A stretch of DNA of 42,137 nt from Lysobacter sp. (lineage in GTDB: Bacteria; Pseudomonadota; Gammaproteobacteria; Xanthomonadales; Xanthomonadaceae): NCBI GenBank assembly GCA_004322525.1, contig SCUY01000169.1, forward strand, positions 1 to 42,137, in the 5' to 3' direction. Below the pieces are notes generated by a model, which ran no database searches, was not told the origin of the DNA, and saw only the letters and a list, made by a program, of their open reading frames with translations. How positions within the stretch are numbered: the stretch's first letter is position 1; every line of letters begins with the position of its first letter. The translations under genes and the position numbers were made by a program. This document shows, in pieces, positions 13,144 to 23,562 of the stretch.

Positions 13144-14391
13144 ATGTCCCAGCCCTTGAAGACCCGTGAACGACTGACCGAAGTGCGCTACGAGATCCGT
13201 GGCGAACTGGCCCGGCGCGCGCGCGAGCTCGAAGCCCAGGGCCGCACGCTGATCAAGCTCAACATCGGCAACCCCGGCGCGTTCGGGTTCCGCGCGCCGG
13301 AACACCTGCAACGGGCGATCACCGACCGCATCCACGAGACCGACCCCTACACCCACCAGCAGGGCCTGCCGGCCGCGCGCGAGGCGCTGGCATCGTTCCA
13401 CCGCGCGCGTGGTACGCCCAATGCATCGACCGAGCGGGTGTTCATCGGCAACGGCGTCAGCGAACTGATCGATCTGGGCCTGCGTGCCTTGCTGAATCCC
13501 GGTGACGAAGTGCTCGTGCCCTCGCCCGACTACCCGCTGTGGACCGCCGCCACCATCCTCAACGACGGCTGCGCGGTGCATTACCCCTGCCGCGCGGAAG
13601 ACGGCTTCCTGCCTGATCCGGACGTCATCGAATCGCTGGTCACGCCGCGCACGCGCGCGATCGTGGTGATCAACCCGAACAACCCGACAGGCGCGGTGTA
13701 CCCGCGCGCGCTGCTCGAACGCATCGTCGCGATCGCCGCCAGACACCGGCTGCTGCTGATGAGCGACGAGATCTACGACTCGATCGTCTATGACGATGCG
13801 ATGTTCCAGCCGCTCGCGCCGCTCGCCGGCGACGTGCCCTGCCTGTCATTCGGTGGCCTGTCGAAGGTGCACCGTGCCTGCGGCTGGCGGATCGGCTGGG
13901 CGCTGCTCAGTGGCGATCCGCTGATGGTCGGCGACTTCCACCATGCGATGGATCTGCTCGGCGCGCTACGCCTGTGCGCCAACGTGCCCGGCCAGTTCGC
14001 GATCGAAGCAGCGCTCTCGGGCGAGGATACGATCGCCGCTCTGTGCGCGCCGGGCGGGCGTCTGTATGAAGCGCGCCGCGCGGTGGTCGATAGCGTGGCC
14101 TGCAGCCGCCACCTCGTGATGAACACGCCCGACGGCGCGCTGTACGGCTTCCCCGAAGTAACGGGCGCGGCCGCCGACGGCTTCGACGACCAGGCCTTCG
14201 CACTGGAGATGCTCGAGAGCGAAAGCGTGCTGATCGTGCCTGGCACCAGCTTCAACCTGCGCGATCGCAACCACTTCCGGGTGACCCTGTTGCCACCGCC
14301 GGAACAGCTGCGCGAGGTGTTCGTTCGCGTGGAGCGTGTGCTCGACCGCCGCGCCGATCGGGCCGGCGAAGCGCGGGCGCAGGTGGCCTGA
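13144..14391 (+). CDS. PLP-dependent class I/II aminotransferase, AlaA/AlaT-like
   Basis: VRYEIRG, LNIGNP, GNGVSELI, PDYPLWTA, INPNNPTG, DEIYD, GLSK..RACGWR. Confidence 0.9.
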   Translation: MSQPLKTRERLTEVRYEIRGELARRARELEAQGRTLIKLNIGNPGAFGFRAPEHLQRAITDRIHETDPYTHQQGLPAAREALASFHRARGTPNASTERVFIGNGVSELIDLGLRALLNPGDEVLVPSPDYPLWTAATILNDGCAVHYPCRAEDGFLPDPDVIESLVTPRTRAIVVINPNNPTGAVYPRALLERIVAIAARHRLLLMSDEIYDSIVYDDAMFQPLAPLAGDVPCLSFGGLSKVHRACGWRIGWALLSGDPLMVGDFHHAMDLLGALRLCANVPGQFAIEAALSGEDTIAALCAPGGRLYEARRAVVDSVACSRHLVMNTPDGALYGFPEVTGAAADGFDDQAFALEMLESESVLIVPGTSFNLRDRNHFRVTLLPPPEQLREVFVRVERVLDRRADRAGEARAQVA

Positions 14392-14393
14392 CG

Positions 14394-15002
14394 ATGCCGC
14401 TGCGCTTTCTCGCGCTCGGTGACAGCTACACGATCGGCGAAGGGCTCGCCCTGGCCGACAACTGGCCGATGCAACTCGCCCGCGCACTGCGCCGGCGGGG
14501 CGTCGACCTCGACGATCCGCAGGTCATCGCCACCACCGGTTGGACATCCGAGGAACTGACGGCCGGCATCGCGCTGGCGGCACCGGCCCACCGCTGGGAC
14601 CTCGTCACTCTGGGCATCGGCGTCAATGACCAGTACCGCGGCCGCAGCGAGGCGGCGTACCGCGCGGCGCTGGTGGATCTGCTCGACACCTCGATGCGGC
14701 TCGCAGGAGACGGCGCCCTGCTGATGCTGTCGATCCCCGACTGGGGCATGACGCCCTTCGCCCGTGCCGAAGGCCAGGATGCGGCGCGCGTGTCGGCGCA
14801 GATCGACCGTTTCAACCACGTCGCCAGGGCGTTGTGCGACGACCGCGGTATCGCGTTCGTGGACATCACGCCACTGAGTCGCGACGGCGGCGACGACAAG
14901 GCGATGCTGGTCGCCGACGGGCTGCATCCGTCGGCCGCGATGTACGCGCGCTGGGTTGATGCAGTACTCCCCGTCGCGCAGCGCCTGCTGGCGCGGCCGT
15001 GA
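14394..15002 (+). CDS. SGNH/GDSL hydrolase family protein
   Basis: LALGDSYTIGEG, TTGW, GVNDQYRG, DGLHPS. Confidence 0.92.
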   Translation: MPLRFLALGDSYTIGEGLALADNWPMQLARALRRRGVDLDDPQVIATTGWTSEELTAGIALAAPAHRWDLVTLGIGVNDQYRGRSEAAYRAALVDLLDTSMRLAGDGALLMLSIPDWGMTPFARAEGQDAARVSAQIDRFNHVARALCDDRGIAFVDITPLSRDGGDDKAMLVADGLHPSAAMYARWVDAVLPVAQRLLARP

Positions 15003-15709
15003 GCGGCATGCGCCCGCTGGATGCGTCACGCGCGCGCGCGATCGCGAATGCTTTCCGCCCAACGTCGGCGTTCGGCAGCCGTTACCACTACTACTACACG
15101 CGCACCAAGCTCGGTAGCGACCCGCTGTACCCCGGCGTCGCCGATGCGCTGCGCGGTACCTGCGCACCCTTGCTCGACCTTGGCTGCGGGCTGGGCCTGC
15201 TCGCGCATACGCTTCGCGCCGACGGCATCACGCTGCCCTATCGCGGGGTCGATATCGACGCGAGGAAGATCGCGCATGCGCAGCGCGTCGCCAGTCGCGC
15301 GGGCCTGGCCGACGTGGCCTTCGAAACGATGGACCTCGCGCGGTCGCTGCCTGCGCATGCCGGAAGCGTCGCGCTGCTGGACGTGCTGCAGTACGTGCCG
15401 GGCACGGCGCAGGACGCGATCGTCGATGCGGCCGCGTCCATGCTCACGCCGGGTGCGCGGCTGGTGATGCGTACCGGTCTCGAGGACGGCGGCGCACGCG
15501 CGCGGATGACGCGGCTCGCCGATCTGTTCGGCCGCTACGCGGGCTGGATGTATTCGCGCCCCCGGCGGTATCCCCGCGCCGAGGCCCTGCGCGCACGCCT
15601 TGATGCCGCAGGGCTGGTGTCGGAGTTCGTGCCCCTCTACGGCAATACGCCGTTCAACAACTGGCGCATCGTCGCGTGGCTGCCCGATACCACGTCAACC
15701 GTCGGCTGA
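14999..15709 (+). CDS. Class I SAM-dependent methyltransferase
   Basis: LLDLGCGLG motif I, GVDID, LLDVLQY, LTPGARLV; GTGA overlap with the SGNH gene. Confidence 0.88.
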   Translation: MSGMRPLDASRARAIANAFRPTSAFGSRYHYYYTRTKLGSDPLYPGVADALRGTCAPLLDLGCGLGLLAHTLRADGITLPYRGVDIDARKIAHAQRVASRAGLADVAFETMDLARSLPAHAGSVALLDVLQYVPGTAQDAIVDAAASMLTPGARLVMRTGLEDGGARARMTRLADLFGRYAGWMYSRPRRYPRAEALRARLDAAGLVSEFVPLYGNTPFNNWRIVAWLPDTTSTVG

Positions 15710-15722
15710 CTTACCGCCGCCA

Positions 15723-16523
15723 TCAACCCGGCCCATCACCGGGGAACGTCGGCAGAATGCAGCGGTAACCTCTTTCGCCTGCCAGTCGCAGGAATGCATC
15801 GAGCATCTCCACGTTGCGGCCATGCGGGGCACCCTCGTGCATCAGCACGATCGCACCGGGCTGCAGACCTTTCGCGATGCGCGCGATGACCCGGTCCACA
15901 CTACCCGCCACACCATCGAAGCCACGTGCCGACCAGGCGACGCGCGCCAGCCCGAGCCGCCGCAGCGAGGACGCGACGAACGGGTTGGTCATTCCCACCA
16001 CCGAGCGGAACCAGCGCGGCGGCGTGCCGGTGATTCCGGTGATCGCCGCCTGCGCGCGCTCGATCTCGTCGCGCATGCGTGCAGGGCCGAGTGCCCAGAA
16101 CCATGCGGCAGGATGCGAGGCGCTGTGATTGCCGATGCCATGGCCGCGGCGCACGATTTCCCGCACCAGTTCGGGCCGCGCAAGCGCGCGGTCGCCGACG
16201 AGGAAGAACGTGGCCTTCGCCCCGTGCGCATCCAGCAGGTCAAGGACCGCTGGCGTTTCCACCGAAGGCCCGTCGTCGATCGTCAGCCACAGCACCCGCT
16301 CCTGCGTCGGCAGCCGCGTCAGCACTGGCCCGAACAGGCGGGAAGTGGGCCACAACGTGCCCCAGAGGAATGCAAGGTGGCTCGCCACCAGCGCCGTCAG
16401 GCCGATGACCGCGCCATGCCGCCACCAGATGAACGCCACGGCTGCTTGCGACGCCACGAACCCGACGATCCAGGCATGCGGATGCCGGGGGGGGCGGTGC
16501 AGGATGCCGACGGTGAAAGCCAT
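15723..16523 (-). CDS. Polysaccharide deacetylase (CE4/NodB) with N-terminal membrane segments
   Basis: LTIDDGPS, KATFFLVG, IGNHSASH, WFRS, GAIVLMHE. Confidence 0.92.
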   Translation of the reverse strand: MAFTVGILHRPPRHPHAWIVGFVASQAAVAFIWWRHGAVIGLTALVASHLAFLWGTLWPTSRLFGPVLTRLPTQERVLWLTIDDGPSVETPAVLDLLDAHGAKATFFLVGDRALARPELVREIVRRGHGIGNHSASHPAAWFWALGPARMRDEIERAQAAITGITGTPPRWFRSVVGMTNPFVASSLRRLGLARVAWSARGFDGVAGSVDRVIARIAKGLQPGAIVLMHEGAPHGRNVEMLDAFLRLAGERGYRCILPTFPGDGPG

Positions 16524-16595
16524 GCGTTCATGATGCCACGCAGGTCAGCCGCACCCGGCACTTACAATGCCGGCCCCACCCGACGGATGCCCACC

Positions 16596-17525
16596 ATGGC
16601 GCTCGATCCCGCCCTTCGCAGCCGCATCGACGCCCTGCTGCAGTCCCACCGCATCGTGCTGTTCATGAAGGGCGAACCGCGCGCGCCGCAGTGCGGTTTT
16701 TCCGCGAAGGCGGTTGGCGCGCTGGGAATGCTGGGAGTCGACTTCGCCCATGTGAACGTGCTCGCCGATGCGGAAATCCGCGAGGGCATCAAGGCCTATG
16801 GCGACTGGCCGACGATCCCGCAGCTGTACATCGACAGCGAACTGGTCGGCGGCAGCGACATCATCGAACAGATGGCGAATGCCGGCGAGCTGCATACGCT
16901 GCTCGGCCTCGCGCCACCGGATCGCACGCCTCCCGCCATCCACATCACCCCGGCGGCTGCCGCGATGCTGCGCGAGGCCATCGACGGCGCAGGCGCGGGC
17001 CATGCACTGCAGGTCGATGTCGACGCCGCGTTCAATGCACGCCTGCAACTCGCCCCGGTCGATCCAGGCGCGATCGCCAGCGAGGCCGAGGGTATCCGCG
17101 TGCAGTTCGACCTCGCGAGTGTGCCGCGCGCACGCGGCCTGTCGATCGACTGGGTGGACGATGCACGCGGTCGCGGCCTCGTCATCGACAACCCTGGCGC
17201 ACCGGCGAAGGTGCAATCACTGTCCGCGGCGGAGGCGGCCGAGCGCGTGGCCGCGCAGGCACTCACGCTAGTGGATGTAAGGCCGGTGGAGGAGCGCACG
17301 ATCGCTTCGGTGCGGATGCCGTTTTCCATTCTGGATGGCACCGGCAACGCCGAACTCGAAGCACTCCCGAAACACACGCCACTCGCGTTCCTGTGCCACC
17401 ACGGCCGCCGCAGCGCGGCCGCGGCGGAACACTTCCGCACACTCGGTTTCACCCGCCTGTACAACATCGAGGGCGGTATCGACGCCTGGTCGCAGCAGGT
17501 GGATACCGGCGTACCGCGCTACTGA
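16596..17525 (+). CDS. grxD: Monothiol glutaredoxin Grx4 fused to an IscA/HesB-like domain and a rhodanese domain
   Basis: LFMKG..PQCGFS, WPTIPQLY, GGSDI; middle IHITPAAA...LVIDNP; C-terminal LVDVR, CHHGRRS, NIEGGIDAW. TACAAT -10 at 16563-16568. Confidence 0.92.
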   Translation: MALDPALRSRIDALLQSHRIVLFMKGEPRAPQCGFSAKAVGALGMLGVDFAHVNVLADAEIREGIKAYGDWPTIPQLYIDSELVGGSDIIEQMANAGELHTLLGLAPPDRTPPAIHITPAAAAMLREAIDGAGAGHALQVDVDAAFNARLQLAPVDPGAIASEAEGIRVQFDLASVPRARGLSIDWVDDARGRGLVIDNPGAPAKVQSLSAAEAAERVAAQALTLVDVRPVEERTIASVRMPFSILDGTGNAELEALPKHTPLAFLCHHGRRSAAAAEHFRTLGFTRLYNIEGGIDAWSQQVDTGVPRY

Positions 17526-17543
17526 ATCCATGCAGGCGGTGAT

Positions 17544-17565
17544 GCGCTGGCGGATGCGCCAGCGC
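17544..17565. terminator. Stem-loop between convergent grxD and the LprI-like gene
   Basis: GCGCTGGCG-GATG-CGCCAGCGC; no U-tract. Confidence 0.4.
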
Positions 17566-17566
17566 C

Positions 17567-18130
17567 TCATTCGGCATTGCCCAGTTGTGTTTCCAGTTCT
17601 GCCACCCACGCGGCGGTAAGGCTTTCCAGCGTCACCGCCCGGATCAGTGACCGGATCGGCCCACGCGCGTAGCTCTGCGCGATGAACAGCGCATGCCGGT
17701 CGCGATAGGCGAGCCAGGCGCGATGGCTGCGGTCGAATGCATTCTGCCCATCGGCATCTAGGTGTTCACGCAGATGCGCCACCACGCGACGCAGTTTCGC
17801 GTCGGCGAACAGCAGCCGCTCGCGCGCCTGTGCGGTGAATTCATCGTCCTGCAGCACCTCGACCGCGCCGCGCTCGACGACTTCCTCGGCACGCGCGAGA
17901 TAGTCATCGGCAAGCTCGACGGTGGCCTGCGCCTTGCCGACCAGGCCCGATTCGAAACGCTGCAGATCACCGAGGCTGGTGCCGGTGCCCTCGAGCCCCT
18001 GCTTGAGTGCGAGCAGCTTCTGGCTTCGTTCGATCACTTCGGTGGTCCGTCGCCGCTCGACGCGTCGCTGTAGGAAATAAAAGGCCCACGTCAGCGCTGC
18101 GCCGAGGACCACCAGGAAGGCCTGCTCCAT
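17567..18130 (-). CDS. Membrane-anchored protein with C-terminal LprI/DUF1311-like domain
   Basis: N-terminal TM helix; ADAKL...RAWLAYRDR resembles the DUF1311 signature; AGGAG RBS. Confidence 0.65.
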   Translation of the reverse strand: MEQAFLVVLGAALTWAFYFLQRRVERRRTTEVIERSQKLLALKQGLEGTGTSLGDLQRFESGLVGKAQATVELADDYLARAEEVVERGAVEVLQDDEFTAQARERLLFADAKLRRVVAHLREHLDADGQNAFDRSHRAWLAYRDRHALFIAQSYARGPIRSLIRAVTLESLTAAWVAELETQLGNAE

Positions 18131-18219
18131 GTTCCACTCCTGTCTGGTGTGACAGTCTGCAGGCCGTGGGTCTCAGGGGTTGCGATGCCGGGGGCCGTCC
18201 GTCGCCTGTGCGCGTCAAG

Positions 18220-18249
18220 AAAAAAGCCGGGAAATACCGGCTTTTTTTT
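18220..18249. terminator. Bidirectional intrinsic terminator downstream of amn
   Basis: AAAAAAGCCGG-GAAATA-CCGGCTTTTTTTT. Confidence 0.9.
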
Positions 18250-18293
18250 CAGGAGTCACGACCGCGTCGTGAGCCGTCGCACCAGGCGCGACG

Positions 18294-19070
18294 TCATTCG
18301 TCGAAACGCAGGTGCCGCACCGACTTGCCATGCCGCCGGATGAGGCGCAGCGCCTCGATCCCGACCTGGATGTGGTTGTCGACGAAATCGGCGGTGACGC
18401 GTGCATCCGACGCCGCGGTCTTCACGCCCTCCGGTGTCATCGGTGCATCCGACACCAGCAGCAGCGCGCCGCAGGGAATGCGGTTGGCGAAGCCGGCAGC
18501 GAAGATCGTCGCGGTCTCCATGTCGATCGCCATGCAGCGCAGCTTGCGCAGGTAGTCCTTGAACGCCTCGTCATGCTCCCAGACGCGGCGGTTCGTCGTG
18601 TAGACCGTGCCCGTCCAGTAGTCGTGGCCAAGGTCGCGGATCATCGTCGACACCGCGCGTTGCAGCGCGAACGCGGGCAGCGCGGGAACCTCGGGCGGCA
18701 TGTAGTCATTCGACGTGCCTTCGCCGCGGATCGCCGCGATGGGCAGCACCAGGTCGCCCAGCTGGCTGCGGCGCTTCAGGCCGCCGCACTTGCCCAGGAA
18801 CAGCACCGCCTGCGGGCTGATCGCCGAGAGCAGGTCCATCAGCGTGGCCGCGTTCGGGCTGCCCATGCCGAAGTTGATCATGCTGATGCCATCGGCCGTG
18901 GCGCTCGGCATCGGGCGGTCGAGGCCGACGATCGGCGCACCGGTAAGCCGGGCGAACGTCTGCAGATAGCCGCCGAAGTTGGTCAGCAGGACGTGCTGGC
19001 CGAAGTCCTCGAGTGCCACGCCGGTGTAACGCGGCAGCCAGTTGGACACGATGTCCTGTTTCTCTTTCAT
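18294..19070 (-). CDS. amn: AMP nucleosidase, short type (PNP/UDP phosphorylase fold)
   Basis: IVSNWLPRYTG, LLTNF, INFGMGSPNAA, FLGKCGGL, AIRGEGTSNDY, IDMETAT, LLVSD. Start at ATG 19070. Confidence 0.9.
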   Translation of the reverse strand: MKEKQDIVSNWLPRYTGVALEDFGQHVLLTNFGGYLQTFARLTGAPIVGLDRPMPSATADGISMINFGMGSPNAATLMDLLSAISPQAVLFLGKCGGLKRRSQLGDLVLPIAAIRGEGTSNDYMPPEVPALPAFALQRAVSTMIRDLGHDYWTGTVYTTNRRVWEHDEAFKDYLRKLRCMAIDMETATIFAAGFANRIPCGALLLVSDAPMTPEGVKTAASDARVTADFVDNHIQVGIEALRLIRRHGKSVRHLRFDE

Positions 19071-19090
19071 TCCCGTCGCCCCTGAATTTG

Positions 19091-19127
19091 TGTGAATTGT
19101 GTCACCGACCATGACCAAGGTCATGGT
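19091..19127. promoter_or_regulatory. Candidate CRP/Clp-like site plus adjacent 20-bp inverted repeat between divergent amn and the amidohydrolase operon
   Basis: TGTGA-ATTGTG-TCACC (19091-19106); ACCATGACC-AA-GGTCATGGT (19108-19127). Confidence 0.5.
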
Positions 19128-19182
19128 GACGCCGCCGCGGCGCCGGGATACGGTCGTGCGCTGATCCGCGCCCGGTGTCCCG

Positions 19183-20612
<1,430 letters not shown>

Positions 20613-20616
<4 letters not shown>

Positions 20617-21902
20617 GCCGCCTTGCCACGCTCGCCGGTGCGCTGCTGTTCGCGCTGGGCACGCAGGCCGCCGCGCAGGAACTGTTGATCCGCAATGCGC
20701 GCGTGCACACCGCCACGTCGCGCGGCACGCTCGAAAACGCCGACGTGCTGGTCCGCGGTGGCCGCATCGCGGCGGTCGGCACAGGCCTGTCCGCGCCCGC
20801 AGGCGTGAGCAGCATCGACGCCGGTGGACAGCCGCTGACCCCCACCCTGTTCGGCGGCATCACGCACATGGGTATCGAGGAAGTCTCCGGCGAACAGACC
20901 ACGGTCGACGCCACGCTCGGCCTGGGCGCGAAGACCAAGGAAATGACGGTCCGCCCGGAATTCGACGTCACGCTGGCGTTCAATCCCGATTCGACGCTGG
21001 TCCCGGTCAACCGCATCGAGGGCATCGGCTGGACTCTGCTGGGTGCCGGCGCCGGTGAGGGGGGTTCGATCATCGCCGGGCAGGGTGCCGTGGTACGCCT
21101 TGATGGCTCGCCCGATCCGTCCGGCCCGCATGTGCTGTTCGTGAAGCTGGGCAGCGACGCGGCCGGGCTGTCCGGGCAGTCGCGCGCGGCGCAGTGGATG
21201 CTGCTCGAGCAGATGTTCGACGAGGCGCGTGGCCGTATTCCGCCGACGTCGTACATGGCGATGCTCACCCCGGCCGGACGAGCCGCACTCGCGCGTTTCC
21301 TCGCTGGCCAGGGCCTGATCGTGTTCGAGGTCGAGCGCGCGAGCGATATCCGCCAGTTGCTGCGCTTCGCGAAGAAGCACGGCCTGAGGATCGCGATCGC
21401 CGGCGCCACCGAAGCCTGGAAACTCGCGCCGCAACTCGCCGCGGCGAAGGTGCCGGTATTCGTCGACCCGCTGTCGAACCTGCCAGCGGATTTCGACCGC
21501 GTCGGCGCCCGGCTCGACAATGCCGCGCTGCTGCGTGCGGCCGGCGTGCAGGTCGGCATCGTCCAGGCCGGCGATGCTTCGCACAATGCGCGCAAGGTTC
21601 GCCAGCTGGCGGGAAATGCCGTCGCCAATGGATTGTCATGGGAGGACGGCCTGGCCGCGCTGACCCGCGTGCCCGCCGAGGCGTTCGGCATCGGCGACGC
21701 GGGCCGCATCGCGGTCGGGCAGCGTGCCGACCTCGTGTTGTGGAGTGGCGATCCGCTGGAAGTGACGAGCGTCGCCCGGCAGGTCTGGTTCGATGGCCGC
21801 GCGATCCCGATGCGCAGCCGCCAGACCGAACTGCGTGACCGCTACCTGCGGCCGGCCGGCCCCCTGCCCCGGGCCTACGACGTGCCCGACCGTATCCGCT
21901 GA
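20613..21902 (+). CDS. Secreted amidohydrolase-fold protein with degenerate metal site
   Basis: ATGA overlap; signal peptide; LIRNARVH, GRIAAVG, GRIAVGQRADLVLWSGDP; HxH motif replaced by GGITH. Confidence 0.88.
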
Positions 21903-21979
21903 CGGCCGATCAGCGCCGCGCACCCCACCGCGCGGCGTATGCTCGGCAGCGCGCGGCTGACGCGCGGTTCGGGGGCCGC

Positions 21980-22381
21980 ATGAATCCGTTCGACTCGATC
22001 AACCTGTGGGCGGTGCTGGTCGCCGCCTCCTCCGCCTTCGCGCTTGGAGGCCTGTGGTACGGCCCGCTGTTCCTGAAGCCATGGGCGCATGCCAGTGGAA
22101 TGGATCCGGCCGCCGCACCGTCGCACCCCGCGCGCATATTCGCGCTGGCTTTCGCCTGCAGCCTCGCCGCCGCCGCCGCGTTCGCCTTCGTGCTGCCCCC
22201 GGGTGCGACCGCCCTGACCGGCTCCGCGGCCGGCGCGCTCGTCGGCGTGTTCTTCGTCGCCACCAGCTTCGGCATCAACTACGCGTTCTCCCGCCGCAGC
22301 CTGTTGCTGTGGCTGATCGATGCCGGCTACCACGTCGTGCAATTCGTGCTGTACGGGGCGATCATCGGTGCATGGCGCTGA
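21980..22381 (+). CDS. DUF1761 family membrane protein
   Basis: INLWAVLVAA, GGLWYGPLF..PW, LWLIDAGYH; four hydrophobic segments. Confidence 0.8.
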   Translation: MNPFDSINLWAVLVAASSAFALGGLWYGPLFLKPWAHASGMDPAAAPSHPARIFALAFACSLAAAAAFAFVLPPGATALTGSAAGALVGVFFVATSFGINYAFSRRSLLLWLIDAGYHVVQFVLYGAIIGAWR

Positions 22382-22517
22382 CCCGCGCGTCGTACGCGCC
22401 TGCCTTCCGGGGCTGAATCCCCGGCGTATGAAATGCCGTAACCGCTTCAGGAATACAGCGGTGGGACGATAATCCTGCCAGCGGATCTGCGACTTCAGGC
22501 CACAGGGGGCCCTTGCC

Positions 22518-23462
22518 ATGCGTATCGGACTGGTTGTCGACTCGGCCTGTGACCTGCCGCTCGAATACTTCTCGCAACACGACATCACGCTGCTGCCGAT
22601 CACGGTGAAGATCGGAAATGCCGTGCTCGCCGACCAGCGCAACGAGCAGGCCACGCTCGAGTTCCTCGATGCGCAGTCGGCCGAACTGATCGCGAAGGCG
22701 GAGACGCAGCCCTTCAGCGTGCAGCAGGTACAGGATCTGTTCCTGCGCAAGCTGGTGATCGACTACGACTACGTCTTCTGCATGACGATCACCAAGACGC
22801 GCAGCCCGATCCACGACAATGCGCAGCAGGCCAGCTTCGCCATCCTCAACGACTACAAGGGCCCGCGCACCGCGGCCGGTATCACCACGCCGTTTTCGCT
22901 GCGCGTGCTCGATACCCAGAGCGTGTTCTCCGGGCAGGCGATCGCGGCGGTCGAGGCGGTGCGCCTGCGCGACGCCGGCGAAGGCGCGCCGAAGATGCGC
23001 GCGCGCATCGAGCAGGTGGCGCTGGCGACGCAGGCCTACATGGTCCCGCGCGATCTCAACTACCTGCGTGCGCGCACCCGCCATCGTGGCGATCGCAGCG
23101 TCAGCTTCCTCAGTGCCACGCTCGGCAGCGCGCTCGACATCAAGCCGGTGCTGCATTGCAATCGCGGCGAGACCGGCCCGGTCGCCAAGGTGAAGGGTTT
23201 CGATACCGCGGCCGAGAAGCTGTTCTCGTTTGCCGGCCGCCGCGTGCGCGAAGGCAAACTGATGACGCCGACGCTCGCGCTCAGCTACGGCGGCCCGCTC
23301 GATGAGATGCGTCGCCTGCGCGGCTATGCGGACCTCGTCGAGACATGCCGCGCGCACAACGTGGAGATGTTCGAGAGCCTGATGAGCCTGACCGGCATGG
23401 TCAATGTCGGCCGCGGTTCGCTCACGCTCGCGTTCGCCGCGGATGCCCCGGCCTGGGAATGA
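22518..23462 (+). CDS. DegV family fatty acid-binding protein
   Basis: IGLVVDSACDLP, AETQP, VLDTQSVFSGQ, LDIKPVL, C-terminal VNVGRG. Confidence 0.9.
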   Translation: MRIGLVVDSACDLPLEYFSQHDITLLPITVKIGNAVLADQRNEQATLEFLDAQSAELIAKAETQPFSVQQVQDLFLRKLVIDYDYVFCMTITKTRSPIHDNAQQASFAILNDYKGPRTAAGITTPFSLRVLDTQSVFSGQAIAAVEAVRLRDAGEGAPKMRARIEQVALATQAYMVPRDLNYLRARTRHRGDRSVSFLSATLGSALDIKPVLHCNRGETGPVAKVKGFDTAAEKLFSFAGRRVREGKLMTPTLALSYGGPLDEMRRLRGYADLVETCRAHNVEMFESLMSLTGMVNVGRGSLTLAFAADAPAWE

Positions 23463-23562
23463 GGCCGGCGACGCGACGCACGTCACGCATCCCTGACTTC
23501 CGGCCCACTCGGGCGGGCCGAGGCTGACGTACCGTCGAAGGGTTTCCCCTTCCTTCGACGCC

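Noticed and set aside
13048-13746. Apparent 233-aa N-terminal extension of RsgA
   Set aside because: Overlaps the aminotransferase on the opposite strand; a -10 element sits right before ATG 13047.
15091-15100. CTACTACACG, identical to part of the blaI operator
   Set aside because: Lies in a Tyr-codon run inside the methyltransferase CDS and has no matching second half-site.
15600-16595. Apparent long N-terminal extension of GrxD
   Set aside because: Antisense to the polysaccharide deacetylase; the Grx domain begins at MALDP and has its own TACAAT -10.
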